Shown here piece after piece: positions 1 through 15,960 of a stretch of 64,000 nt of DNA. The stretch is from the human T2T-CHM13v2.0 reference genome, Homo sapiens: NCBI GenBank assembly GCA_009914755.4, contig CP068257.2, positions 6,080,001 to 6,144,000 of the forward strand, in the 5' to 3' direction. The notes below the pieces were generated by a model. The model saw nothing but the letters and a program-made list of their open reading frames with translations. It was not told where the DNA came from and made no database searches. The position numbers and the translations under genes are program-made. Position 1 is the stretch's first letter, and every line of letters begins with the position of its first letter.

Positions 1-420
1 TTTGTGACATATCTCTGCACTGAACACCCCAGGGAGGAAACAGTTGTATACACTCTGCCTACAGGAGGCTTTACCACTTATCCATTCCCTGATCACTGGG
101 TGACATAACACTTGTCTTGGCTCTGACTACACGGGAATTTTCACATATCTCTACACTGATCACCTAAGTGATGTAACCCTTGTCTAGGTTCAGCCTACTG
201 GGGATTTCTGACATACATTTGCACTGATCACCGAGGTCATGTAAATCATTTCCAGGCTTTTTGTACAGGGGACATTGTGATACATCTCTGCACTGATCAC
301 CTAAATAAGGCAAATCATCTCCAGGCTCCACAGGGAGGGGGCATTGTGATATATTTCTGAACTGATCATCCAGGAGATGTAACTATTCTCCAGGCTTTGA
401 CTAAAGATCGTCGTAAGGTG
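1..420 (-). repeat. Beta-satellite (68-69 bp Sau3A/BclI family) monomers, minus orientation
   Basis: Monomers of the form ctgcactgatcacc...gtaactcttgtctaggctctgcctacagg, the reverse complement of the consensus that dominates 2290-48670, each with a TGATCA/GATC site. Confidence 0.85.
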
Positions 421-1108
421 GTGGGAGAAACTCAGCCGGAATTTCAAGGACGGACAAGGGCACAGAGAGGCCAGTGGGCTCCCTTGCACATCAGCCGGGG
501 TACGCAATGAGTGCAGGTCTAGCCAGGAGGACTGCTAAGAGTGCTAGAAGTCTGCGTTCCGCCCCCAGGCGCTCCATGGTGGCAGCTGGGAGGCTGCAGG
601 GGAACGCGCGGGCCGGCTATGGTGGCATGGAGGTGCAGAGGATGCAAGCCACCGAAGGGAAGTCAGGAAAGGACGCTGCGTGGGCCCAGTGTTTCGCGGG
701 ACGGGGGTCTCCACCCAGGCCAGGGGAGTGCGCTTTTTCCGGGGGTGGGGTGTGGGGGTGGGAGGGGGTGGTCAGGCGGGGGTGGGGTGGTGGAAAGGCA
801 TGAGACCTCTTCCCGGGCTGCTCCCACAGCCCAGGCGGCTGCCCGCAAACCCGCGCGTGTGCAGTAGGCGGCCCACCTGCTGGTACCTGGGAGGGCTCTG
901 GGATCCCCGGGATGACCAGGAAATAATGGCAGTTCTCCGCTGTGTGGAGTCTCTCAACGGGCCTAGACCTAGAAGTCAGGAATCTCAGGCGGGTCAGACC
1001 GGTTGAGGGGGCGGGGGGAAGACACGGCCCTCATTAGCCAGCCAGGTGTTCCCCGCGAAAGAGAGGCAAGCGCCCTGCCAGGATCCGATCCCGTCCCAAC
1101 CCCGCGAC
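420..1108 (-). other. D4Z4-like unit A: non-coding tail downstream of the DUX4-like stop, minus orientation
   Basis: Colinear with the 3' tails of units G, H and I, for example ctttgactaaag...ccagcgaggcagcctcttccaag, and the reverse complement of the plus-copy tails. Confidence 0.75.
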
Positions 1109-1972
1109 CTAAAGCTCCTGAGCAGAGCCCGGTATTCTTCCTCGCTGAGGGGTGCTTCCAGCGAGGCAGCCTCTTCCAAGACCTCCAGCTCCCCCGGGGC
1201 CTCCATTTCTAGGAAAGGTTGCGCCAGCTGCAGAAACTCTGCGCTCTCCAGGAGCTCATCCAGCAGCACACTGGAGGGGAATGCAGAAGAGCGCCCTGGC
1301 TCCTGGAGTGCCTGGGAGGGTGCCGGGATGCCTAGGATCTGCCACTGCCGGGCAGAGGCCTCTGGGGCATGGGCTGGCGAGGTGGGGATGCCCTGGCTTG
1401 GGGTTCCCACGCCGCCCCGGCGACCTGCGGACACCGGCCACAACCCCATGATGGACTCCCCTGGGACGCAGGTGGCGCAAGGACACCTTGGCCCTGTGGG
1501 CCCGCCTGAGCGGGCCCAGGCTGTCCCACCGCGCAAGGGCCCAGCAAGCTGTCGCGCTGCGAGTCTCGGTCCTCCCGGCTTTTGCCCAGGTGCGGAGGCC
1601 ACCAAGGAGCCTGAGGATCGGAGAACGCCACTTCCAGAGGAGACAGGGCGGCGTAGGCAAAATCCCCGCATGCCGGGGAAGGTTGGGAGATCCCCTCTGC
1701 TGGCGCAGTCTGGCTGGGCTGGAGCACGGGGATGGCCCTCGCTCCCTGGCTCACAAAAGAACCCTGTGGGAGATCCCCAGGTGTGCAGGGCACGTGGGAT
1801 GCGGGAAGCCCCGTTCCCCATGCGCCGGTGTGGGCGAAGTGGACCCAGAAGGGAGCAGGGTGACAGCCACCGGGGGAGGCATTGTACGGGCCGCCTGCCT
1901 GCACGGGCACCCTACCCGCCTCTCCCGGGTGCCTGGTCCTTCGATTCTGAAACCAGATATCACTCCTGGTAT
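1109..1972 (-). pseudogene. DUX4L: DUX4-like pseudogene fragment A: the C-terminal ~2/3 (end of homeodomain 2 through the stop), truncated at an inversion junction
   Basis: The minus-strand frame gives ...[16 protein letters not shown]...[16 protein letters not shown]...[28 protein letters not shown]...EEEYRALL. The stop (cta, i.e. TAG) is at 1109-1111. Homology to the other copies ends near 1965-1975. Confidence 0.8.
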
Positions 1973-2290
1973 CCGGGCTGGGTGGAGACCAATGTCCCGG
2001 GAAACACCGGGCTTGCCCAGCATCCAGGCCTGACACCCCTCTGGCGGCTCGCCTCCTCTGCACCTCCACGCCACCGTCGCCGGCCCGCCTGTACACCTGC
2101 AGCCTCCCAGCTGCCACCATGGAGCTCCTGGCGGCGGAACTCAGACCTCTAGCTGTCTTTGCCGGCCTCCTGGCTAGACCTCTGATCATTGCGCACATCT
2201 GCTGACATGCAAGGGAGCCAGCTGGCCTCTCTGTGCCCTTGTCTGTCCGTGAAATTCCAGAGGAGGCTCTCCCAACACTTTCTGACACTC
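1973..2290 (+). other. Isolated 3' tail of a D4Z4-like unit in plus orientation, joined head-on to the truncated minus copy A
   Basis: Matches the 3' tails of the plus copies. An example is gggctgggtggagacc...gctgccaccatggagctcctggcgg...ctttagtcaaagcctggagaatagttacatc, as in 8800-9160. Confidence 0.8.
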
Positions 2291-5200
2291 TTTAGTCAAA
2301 GCCTGGAGAATAGTTACATCTCCTGGATGATCAGTTCAGAAATATGTCACAATGCCCCCTCCCGGTGGAGCCTAGAGAAGATTTGCATCATTTGGGTGAT
2401 CAGTGCAGAGATATATCACAATGTTCCCTGTACAAAAAGCCTGGAAACGATTTACATCACCACTGTTATCAGTGCATAGGTATGTCAGAAATCCCCAGTA
2501 GGCTGAACCTAGGCAAGGGTTACATCACTTAGGTGATCAGTGTAGAGATATGTGAAAATTCCCGTGTAGACAGAGCCTAGACAACTGTTACATCACCTAG
2601 TGATCAGTGCAGGGATACGTCATTAAGCCTCCAGTAAGCAGAGTGTACACACCTGTTTCCTCCCTGGGGTGATCAGTGCAGATATGTTACAAAGCCCCTG
2701 TAAGCGTAACCTTCACAAGGGTTACATCACCTGTTTGATCAGTGGAAATGTATATCACAAAGCCCCCTGTAGGCAAAGCCCAGACAATTGTTACATCACC
2801 TGGGTGAGCAGTGGAGAGATCTGTCACCATGCCCCTGTAGGCAGAGCTTAGAAAAGGGTTGCATCACCTGGTTGATCCATGCAGAGATATGTGAAAATTC
2901 TCCTGTAGGCTGAACCTAGACAATAGTACCATCACCTGGGTGATAAGTGCAGAGATATCTCACAAAGCCCCTGCAGGAGGAGCCAAAAAAGTGTTACATC
3001 ACCTGGGTGATCAGAGCAGAAATATGTCACAAAGCCCCTGTAGGCCGAGCCTAGACAAGAGTTACATCTCCTGGGTCATCAGTGCAAAGATATGTCACAA
3101 AGCCCCGTGTAGACAAATCCCAGAGAATTGTTATGTCACCTGGGTGATCAGTGGAGATATCTGTCACAATTCCCCTTTAGGCGCAGCTTAGACAAGCGTT
3201 ACATCACATGAGTGATCAGTGCGGAGATATGTCACTATGCCCCCATAGGCAGATCCAAGAATAGAGTCCATCACCTGGGTGATCACTGCAGAAATATGCC
3301 ACAACGCTGCCAGTAGGCAGATATAGACAAGCGTTACATCACCTGGGTGATCACTGCAGACATATGTCACAATGCCCCTGTAGGCAGACCCTAGACAAGA
3401 ATCCCATCACCTGGGTGATCACTGCAGAATTATGTCACAATGCCCCCTTTTGGCAGAGCCTAGACAAGGGTTACATCACATGGGTGATCAGTGCAGAGAT
3501 GTGTCACAAGCACCCTGTAGCCAGAGCCTAGACAACTGTTACATCAGCTGTGTGATCTGTGCAGTGACATGTCACAATGTCCCTGTAGCCATATCCTTGA
3601 GAAAAGTGACATCACCTGGGTGATCAGTGAGGAGATATGACACAATGTCTCCAGTAGACAGAGCCTAGACAAGAGTTACATTACCTGGGTGATCAGGGCA
3701 GAGATATGTCACAATGCCCCCTGTAAGCAGATCCCAGACAAGAGTTGCATCACCTCGGTGATCAGTGCAGAGATATGTCTCAATGCCCCCTGTCCACGAA
3801 GCCTATGCAAGAGTTACATCATCTCGGTGATCAGTGCAGTGATATGTTAAAATGCCCCTGTAGGCAGAGGCCAGACAAGTGTTACATCTCCTGGGTGATC
3901 AGTGCAGAGATATGTCACAATACCACCTGTAAGCAGAGCCTAGACAAGAGTTACATCACCTGGGTGATCAGTGCAGGGATATGTCATAAATACCACTGTA
4001 CATAAAGCCTAGACAAGTTTTACATCACCTCAGCGACCAGTGCAGAGATGTGTTCCAATGTCCCTCTAGGAAGAGCTTAGTCAAGTGTCACATCTACTGG
4101 GTGATCAGTGCAGAGATAAGTCACAGTGACCCCGTAGGCAGAGCCTAGAGTTACATATCCCGGGTGATCCGTGCAGAGTGATGTCACAACGCCCTCTGTA
4201 GGCAGAGACAAGAAAACAGTTACATCACCTGGGTGATCAGTGCAGAGATACGTCACAATGCTCCATGTAGGCAGAGCATAGAGAAGAGTCGCATCACCTG
4301 GGTGATCAGTGCAGAGATATGTCGCAATGTCCCCTGTAGGCAGAGCATAGAGAAGAGATGCATCACCTTTGTCATCAGTTCAGTGACATGTGAAAACGCC
4401 CCGGTAGGCAGAGCCTAGACACTATTTACATCAACTAGTTGATCAGTGCAGAGATATCTCACAATACCCCCTGTAGGCAGATCCTAGACAAGAGTTGAAT
4501 CACCTGGGTGATCAGTGCAGAGATATTTCACAATGAACCCTTTTGGCTGAGGGTAGACAAGAGTTACATCAGCTAGGTGATCAGTGCAGAGATTTGTCAA
4601 AATTCCCTGTAGGCAGTGCTTATAAAAGTGTTACATCACGTAAGTGATCAGTGAAGAGATATGTCACAAAGCTCCTGTAGGCAGAACTTAGATGAGTTAC
4701 GTCACCTGGGTGATCAGTGCAAAGGTATGTCACAATGCCACTTTAGGCAGAGCCTATACAAGAGTTACATGACCTAGGTGATCAGTGCAGAGATACCTTG
4801 CAATGTCCCTGTAGGCAGAGCCTTGACAAGTGGTACGTCACCTGGGTGATCATTGCAGGGATATGTCACAAAGCACCCTGTAGGCAGATCCTAGAATATA
4901 GTTACATCACCTGGTTGATCAGTGCACAGATATGTCACAATGCCACTTTAGGCAGAGCCTATAAAAGAGTTACATGACCTAGGTGATCAGTGCAGAAATA
5001 TGTCACAATGTCACTGTAGGCAAACCTAGACAAGTGTTACATGACCTAGGTGATCAGTGCAGAGATATATCACAATGCTCCTGTAGGCAGAGCCTTTACA
5101 AGTGGTATATCACCTGGGTGATCATTGCAGGGATATGTCACAAAGCACCCTGTAGGCAGATCTTAGAGAAAAGTTATATCATCTGGGTGATCAGTGCAGA

Positions 5201-6350
5201 GATATGTCACAAGCCCCCTCTAGGCAGAGCCTAGACAAGAGACATATCACCTGGGTGATCAGTGCAGTGATATGTCACAATGCCGTGTAGCCAGAGCCTT
5301 GACTAAAGTTACAGCAGCTGGGAGATCAGTGCAGAGGTATGTCACAACGTCCCCTGTAGGCAGAGACCAGGCAAGAGTTGGATCACCTTGGGATCAGTGC
5401 AGAGATATGTCTCAATCCCCCTGTGGGCACATCCTAGACAAGAGTTACATCAGCTCGGTTAACAGTGCAGAGTTGTCAACATGTCCCTGTAGGCAGAGCC
5501 TACACAAGTGTTACATCACTTAGGTGATCATTGCAGAGATATGTCACAATGCCCCCTGTGAGCAGAGCCTAGACAAGTGTTACATCACCTGGGTGATCAG
5601 TGCAGACATAAGTGACAAGGCGCCTTTAAGCAGTGCCTAGAAAAAAGTTTCATAACCAGAGTGATCAGTGCAGAGATCTCTCACCATGCCCCTTTAGGCA
5701 GAGCTTAGACCAGAGTTACATCACCTGGGTGATCAGTGCAGAGATATGTCACAATGCCCCCATAGGCAAGTACAAGACAAGAGTCCATCACCTGGGTGTT
5801 CATTGCAGAAATATGTGACAAAGCCCCCAGTAGGCAGAGCCCACAGAATAGTCCCATCACCTGGGTGATCAGTGCAGAGATATTTCACAATATCTCTGCC
5901 CTGCAGGCAGAGCGTAAGCAAGAGTTATGTCACCTAGATGATCAGTGCAGAGATATGTCACAAGGGCCCCTATAGGCATAGCCTGGACAAGAGTTACATC
6001 ACCTCGGTGATCAATGCAGTGATATGTCACTATGCCCCATAGGCAGAGCCTAGTCAAGCGTTACATCACCTGGGTGATCAGTGCAGAGTTATGTCACAAA
6101 GCCCCCATGCACAGTGCCTAGACAAGAGTCCCATCACCTGGGTGATCAGAGCAGAAATATGTCACAATGCCTCCATAGGCAGATCCAACACAAGAGTTAC
6201 ATCACCTGGGTGATCAGTGTAGAGATATGTCACAATGCCCCCATAGGCAGAGCCTAGACAAAAGTCCCATCACCTGGGTGATCAGTGCAGAGAATATCTC
6301 AAAGCCCCTGTAGGCAGAGCCTTGACAAGTGTTACATCACTTTTTTGATC
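2290..6350 (+). repeat. Beta-satellite array, plus orientation
   Basis: 68-69 bp periodicity. Short six-frame ORFs recur with a period of about 23 aa. Confidence 0.9.
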
Positions 6351-6992
6351 AGTTCAGAGATGTGTCATGCTCACTCTTTGCTCCCAGAGCTCTGCGGGCA
6401 CCCGGAAACATGCAGGGAAGGTTGGAAGACTGGCATGGTGCATTCGCTCTCCTTCCCAGTTTCCAAACCGGCCACACTGCAGACTCTCCATGTTGCCGCA
6501 CACGGGAAGCCATCCTCAGGCCATCATGCCGGTGAGGCATCTTCTCTCCGGGGTCTTGCTCTGGTCTCCTAGGTGGAAATGAACGAGAGCCACATCCTTG
6601 TGTGTGTGACACTGTCCTGGCAAAGGCAACACCCACAGGCACTGCCTCCTTCACGGAGAGAGGGCCTGGAACACTCAAGACTCCCACGGAGGTTCAGTTC
6701 CACACTTCCCTCCACCCTCTCAGGCCGGTTTCTCCCTGCTGAAGACATGTGGGAGCCCACAGAGCGGCTTCCAGTTCCCGTGGGATCCCTGGAGAGGTCC
6801 GGAGAGCCAGACCCTGAAACGCGCCCCCCTCACCCCTTCCCCCTCGCCCCCTTCCTCTTCGAGCCTCCGGCCCCACCACCGCCATCACAACGCCCTCAAC
6901 CCCCACCCCAACACCCTCCGGCCCCAGGACTCGAAGCCCTGGGCCCCTTCCGGGATGGGGCGGTATGTCCCAGGGCTCACCACCATTAATGA

Positions 6993-7145
<153 letters not shown>

Positions 7146-7163
7146 TGACCGGGTCTCACCGCG

Positions 7164-8432
<1,269 letters not shown>

Positions 8433-9159
8433 GACGCGGGGTGGGGACGTGGTCGGGTCCAGGCAGGGCGGTGGTCTCTCTTTCGCAAGGAACACCTGGC
8501 TGGGTATGGAGGGGCGTGTCTTCCCCACGCTCCCTCCACCAGGCTGACCGGCCTGGGATTCCTGCCTTCTAGGTCTAGGCCGGGTGAGAGGCTCCACACA
8601 GCGGAGAGCTGCCATTCTTTCCTGGGCATCCCGGGGATCCCAGAGCTGGCCCAGGTACCAGCATGTGTGCCGCCTACTGCACAACTGCGGCTTTTCGGGC
8701 AGCCGCCTGAGCTGTGGGAGCAGCCCGGGCAGAGCTCTCATGCCTTTCCACCTCCCCACCTCCGCCTGACCACCCCCACCCCAACCCCACCACCCAACCC
8801 CAGGAAATGAGTCCTCCCCTGGGCTAGGTGGAGACCCCCGTCCCATGAAACACCAGGCCCGCGCTGCGTCCAGGCTAGTCACCCCTCCGGCGGCTCACCT
8901 CCTCTGCGCCTCCACGCTACTGTCGCCGACACGCCCGTGCCCCTGCAGCCTCTCAGCTGCCACCATGGAGCACCTGGCGGTGGAACGCAGACTTCTAGCT
9001 CTCTTTGCCGGCCTACTGGATAGACCTGCGCTCATTGGGCACCCCGGGTAATGTGCAAGAGAGCACGCTGGCCTCTCCGTGCCCTTGTCCGTCTGTGAAA
9101 CTCCAGCTGAGGCTCTCCCAACACCTTCCGACGATCTTTAGTCAAAGCCTGGAAAATAG

Positions 9160-12100
9160 TTACATCTTCCTAGATGATCAGTTCAGAAATATGTCACAAT
9201 GCCCCCTCCCTGTGGAGTCTAGAGAAGATTTGCATCATTTGGGTGATCAGTGCAGAGATATATCACAATGTCCCCTGTACAAAAAGCCTGGAAATGATTT
9301 ACATCATCTAAGTGATCAGTGCATAAGTATGTGAGAAATCCCCAGTAGGCTGAACCTAGACAAGGGTTACATCACTTAGGGGATTAGTGTAGAGATATGT
9401 GAAAATTCCCATGTAGACAGAGCCTACACAAGTGTTACATCGCCTAGTGATCAGTGCAGGGACAAGTCGTAAAGCCTCCTGTAGGCAGAGTACAGAAAAG
9501 TGTTTCCTACCTGGGGTGATCAGTGCAGAGACATGTCACAAAGCCCCTGTAAGCAGAAAATTGACAAGGGTTACATCAGCTGTTTGATCAGTGGAAATGT
9601 ACATCACAAATCCCCCTGTAGGCAAAGCCGAGACAATTGTTACGTCACCTGGGTGAGCAGTGGAGAGATCTGTCACAATGCCCCTGTAGGCAGAGCTTAG
9701 ACGAGGGTTACATCACCTGGGTGATCAGTGCAGAGATATTTCAAAACGCTCCTGAAGGCTGTACCTAGACAGGAGTTACATCAACTGGGTTATCAGTGCA
9801 GAGATATGTGAGAATTCCCGTGTAGGCAGAGTCTAGACAAGTGTTACATCACCTAGATTATCAGTGCAGGTATAAGTCGTAAAGATTCCTGAAGGCAGAG
9901 TGTAGAAAAGAGTTCCCTCCCCAGGGTGATCAGTGCAGAGATGTGTCACAAAGCCCCTGTAGGCAGATCCTAGACAAGAGTTTCATCACATGGTTGATCA
10001 GTTCAGAGATGTGTCACGATGTCCATGTAGGCAGATCTAAGACAAGTGTCCATCACCTGGGTGATCAGTGCAGAGATATGAACCAATGTCCCCTGTAGGC
10101 AGTGCCTAGACAAGAGTTGCATCACCTCAGAGATCAGTGCATAGACATGTCACAAAGCGTTCTGTAGGCAATGCCCATACAAGGCTTACATCACCTAGGT
10201 GATTAGTGCAGTGATGTCACAAAAATCCCTGTAGACAGAGCCTAGACAATACTTACATCACCTGGGTGATCAGTGCAGATATTTGACACAATGCCCCTAT
10301 AGACAGAGCTTAAACAAGACTTCCATCACCTGGGTGATCATTGCAGACATATATCACAAATCCCCCTCCAGGCAGAGTATAGAGAAGAGTCCCATCACCT
10401 GGGTGATCAGTGCAGATATATTTCACAATGCACCCTGTAGGCAGAGAGGGGAGAAGAGTTACATAACCTAGGTGATCTGTGCAGAGCTATGTCAAAACGC
10501 TCCAGTAGTAAGAGCCTGGATAAACGTTACATCACCTGGGTGATCAGTGCAGAGATACGTCACAATACACCCTGTAGGTGTAGCCAAGACAACAGTTACA
10601 TCACCTGGGTGATCAGTGCAGAGATACGTCACAATACACCCTGCAGGTGTAGCCTAGACAACAGTTACATCACCTGAGTGTTCAGTGCAGAGATACATCA
10701 CAATACCCCTTGTAGGTGGAGCCTAGACAAGAGTTACATCACCTGGGTGATCAGTGCAGAGATATATCACAAAGCCCCTGTAGGCAGAGCCTAAAGAACA
10801 GTTACATCCCCTGGGTGATCAGTGCAGAAATATGACACAAAGCCCTTTATGCGGAGCCTAGACAACAGTTACATCTCCTGGGTGATCAGTGCAAAGATAT
10901 GTCACAAAGCCCCCTGTAGACAAATCCCAGAAAATTGTTACATCACCTGGGTGATCACTGGAGATATCTGTCACAATTCCCCTTTAGGCACAGGTTACAC
11001 AAGCGTTACATCACATGAGTGACCAGTGCAGAGATATGTCACTATGGCCCATAGGCAGATCCAAGACAAGAGTCCATCACGTGGGTGATCAGTGCAGAAA
11101 TATGCCATGATGCCACCAATAGGCAGATATAGACAAGAGTTACATCACCTGCGTGATCACTGCAGAGATATTTCACAATGGCCCTGTAGGCAGAGCCTAA
11201 ACAAGAGTTACATCACCTGGGTGATCAGGACAGAGTTATGTCAGAATGCCCCCTGTAAGCAGATCCCAGACAAGAGTTGCATCACCTCGGTGATCAGTGC
11301 AGAGATATGTCTCAATGCCCCCTGTTGGTGAAGCCTATACAAGAGTTACATCATCTCGGTGATTAGTGCAGTGATATGTTAAAATGCCCCTGTAGGCAGA
11401 GCCTAGACAAGAGTCCCATCACCTGGGTTATCAGTGCAGATTTATTTCACAATGCCCCTTTTGGAAGAGCCTAGACAAGGGTTACATCACCTGGTTGATC
11501 AGTGCAGAGATGTGTCACAAGCCCCCTGTAGCCAGAGCCTAGACAAGAGTTACATCAGCTGTGTGATCAGTGCAGTGACATGTCACAATGCCCCTGTAGC
11601 CATATCCTTGACAAAAGTGACATCACCTGGATGATCAGTGCGGAGATTTGTCACAATGTCTCCAGTAGGCAGAGCCTAGACAAGAGTTACATTACCTGGG
11701 TGATCAGGGCAGAGATATGTCACAATGCCCCCTGTAAGCACATCCCACACAAGAGTTGCATCACCTCGGTGATCAGTGCAGCCATATGTCACAATGCCTC
11801 CTGTAGGCAGAGCACAGAGAAGAGTTGCATCACCTGGGTGGTCAGTGCAGAGATATGTCACAATGTCCCCTGTTGGCAAAGCCTAGGCAAGAGTTACATC
11901 ACCTTTGTCATCAGTTCAGGGATATGTGAAAACGCCCCTGTAGGCAGAATATAGACAAGGGTTACATCACATAGTTGATCAGTGCAGAGATATTTCACAA
12001 TACCCCCTGTAGGCAGGTCCTAGACCAGAGTTGAATCACGTGGGTGATCAGTGCAGAGATATTTCCCAATGCCCCTTTTGGGTAGAGGGCAGACAAGAGT

Positions 12101-13895
12101 TACATCACCTAGGTGATCAGTGCAGAGATTTGTCAAAATTCCCTGTGGACAGAGCTTATAAAAGTGTTACATCACCAAAGTGATCAGTGCAGAGATATGT
12201 CACAAAGCTCCTCTAGGCAGAACTTAGATGAGTTACATCACCTGGGTTCTCACTGCAAAGGTATGTCACAAAGCCCCCTGTAGGCAAAGCCTAGACAATA
12301 GTTACATCACTTGGGTGATCAGTGGCGAGTTCTCTCACAATTCCCCTGTAGGCAGAGCTTATACAACAGTTACATCCCCGGGGTGATCAGTGCATACATA
12401 TGTCCCAATGCCCCCATAGGCAGATCCAAGACAAGAGTCCGTCACTTCGGTGATCCGTGCAGAAATATGTCACAATGCCCCCTTAGGCAGAGCTGAGACA
12501 AAAGCCTCATTACCTGGATGATCACTGCAGAGTTATGTCACAAAGTCACTTTAGGCAGAACCTAGACATGGGTTACATCACTTGGATGATCATTGCAGAG
12601 ATATGTCACAATGCCACTGTAGGCAGAGCCTCGACAAGAATTACATGACCTAGGTGATCAGTGCAGACATACATAGTAATGTCCCTGTAGGCATAGCCGT
12701 AACAAGTGGTACATCACCTGGGTGATCGTTGCAGGAATATGTCACAAAGCACCCTGTAGGCAGATCCTAGAAAAGAGTTACATCACCTGTATGATCAGTG
12801 CCGAGATATGTCACAATGCCACTGTAGGCAGAGCCTAGAGAAGAGTTATATCACCTGGGTCATAAGTGCAGTGATATGTCACAATGACGTGTAGGCGCAG
12901 CCTAGACAAAATTTAGAGCACCTGGGAGGTCAGTGCAGAGATATGTCACAATGTCCCCAGTAGGCAGAGACCAGACAAGAGTTGCATCACCTAGGAATCA
13001 GTGCAGAATATGTCTCAATCCCCCTGTGGGCACAGCCTAGAGAAGAGTTACAACACTTCGGTTAACAGTGCAGAGATATGTCAAAATGCCCCTGTAGGCA
13101 GAGCCTACACGAGTGTTACTTCACTTAGGTGATCAATGCTGAGATATGTCACAATACATCCTGTAAGCAGAACCTAGACAAGAGTTACATCACCTGGGTG
13201 ATAAGTGCAGAGATATGTGACAAAGCCCCTTTAAGCAGAGCCTAGACAATAGTTACATCACCTGGGTCATCAGTGCAGAGATATCTCACAATGCCCCTAT
13301 AGGCAAATCTAGTAAAATATACTGTCACCTGGGGAATCAGTGCAGAAATATGTGACAATGCCCCCAGTAGGCAGAGCCTAGAGAAGAGTGCCATCACCTG
13401 GATGATCAGTGCAGAGATATTTCACAATGCCCCTGCAGGCAGAGCATAAGCAAGTGTTACATCACCTAGATGATCAGTGCAGAGATATGTCACAAGGCCC
13501 CCTATACAAAGAGCCTGGACAAGAGTTACATCACCTCGGTGATCCATGCAGTGATATGACACTATGCCCCGTAGGCAGAGCCTAGTCAAGCGTTACATCA
13601 CCTGGGTGATCAGTGCAGATATGTCACAAAGCCCCCATACACAGAGCCTAGACAAGAGTCCCATCACCTGGGTGATCAGTGCAGAAATATGTCACAATAC
13701 CCCCATAGGCAGATCGAACACAAGAGTTACATCACCTGTGTGATCAGTGTAGAGATATGTCACAATGCCCCCATAGGCAGAGCCTAGAGGAAAGTCCCGT
13801 CAGCTGGGTTATCAGCGCAGAAATATGTCACAAAGCCCCTGTAGGCAGAGCCTAGACAAGGGTTACATCACTTTGTTGATCAGTTCAGAGATGTG
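9160..13895 (+). repeat. Beta-satellite array
   Basis: 68-69 bp monomers. Near-identical adjacent monomers at 10530-10740. Confidence 0.9.
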
Positions 13896-14520
13896 TCATG
13901 CTGACTGTTTGCTCCCGGAGCTCTGCAGGCACCCGGAAACATGCAGGGCAGGGTGGAAGACCGGCATGGTGCATTCGCTCTCCTTGCCAGTTTCCAAACG
14001 GGTCACACTGCAGACTCCCCATGTTGCCGCACACGGGGAATCCATCGTCAGGCCATCACGCCGGGGAGGCATCTTCTCTCTGGAGTCTCTCTCTGCTCTC
14101 CTACATGGAAATGAATGAGAGCCGCAGGCCTGCATGTGTGAGATGGTCCCGGCAACGGCGACACCCACAGGCACTGCCTCCTTCACGGAGAGAGGGCCTG
14201 GAACACTCAAGACTCCCACGGAGGTTCAGTTCCACACTCCCCTCCAACCTCCCAGGCCGGTTTCTCCCTGCTGAAGACGCATGGGATCCCAGAGAGTGGC
14301 TTCGAGTTCCTGTGGGATTCCTGGAGACGTCCGGAGAGCCCAAGAAACGTGCTCCCTTCACCCCTTCCCCCTCGCCGCCTTCCTCTTTGTGTCTCCGGCC
14401 CCAACACCGCCATCAACACGCCCTCCCCCGCAAACCCACCACCACCCGGCCGCAGGCCTGGAAGCCCTGGTACCTTTCCGGGGTGGGGCTGGCTGTCCCA
14501 GGGCTCACCGCCATTCATGA

Positions 14521-15960
<1,440 letters not shown>

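Noticed and set aside
1109-2290. Reading 420-2290 as one continuous minus-oriented DUX4-like unit
   Set aside because: The last ~320 bp (1973-2290) match the 3' tail of the plus-oriented units, including gctgccaccatggag...ctttagtcaaagcctggagaatagttacatc. They do not match the homeodomain 1 and promoter region that a continuous minus copy would have there
8958-9047. A perfect Kozak context (gctgccaccATGGag) followed by a 28-codon ORF (MEHLAVERRLLALFAGLLDRPALIGHPG*) in the 3' tail of every unit, about 530 bp after the DUX4-like stop
   Set aside because: It is present in all copies, but the amino-acid substitutions between copies (H/C/R/L, V/A/S, R/H, L/P/I ...) look neutral. There is no domain. 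A 28-aa ORF in GC-rich DNA is not evidence of a gene. Mention only
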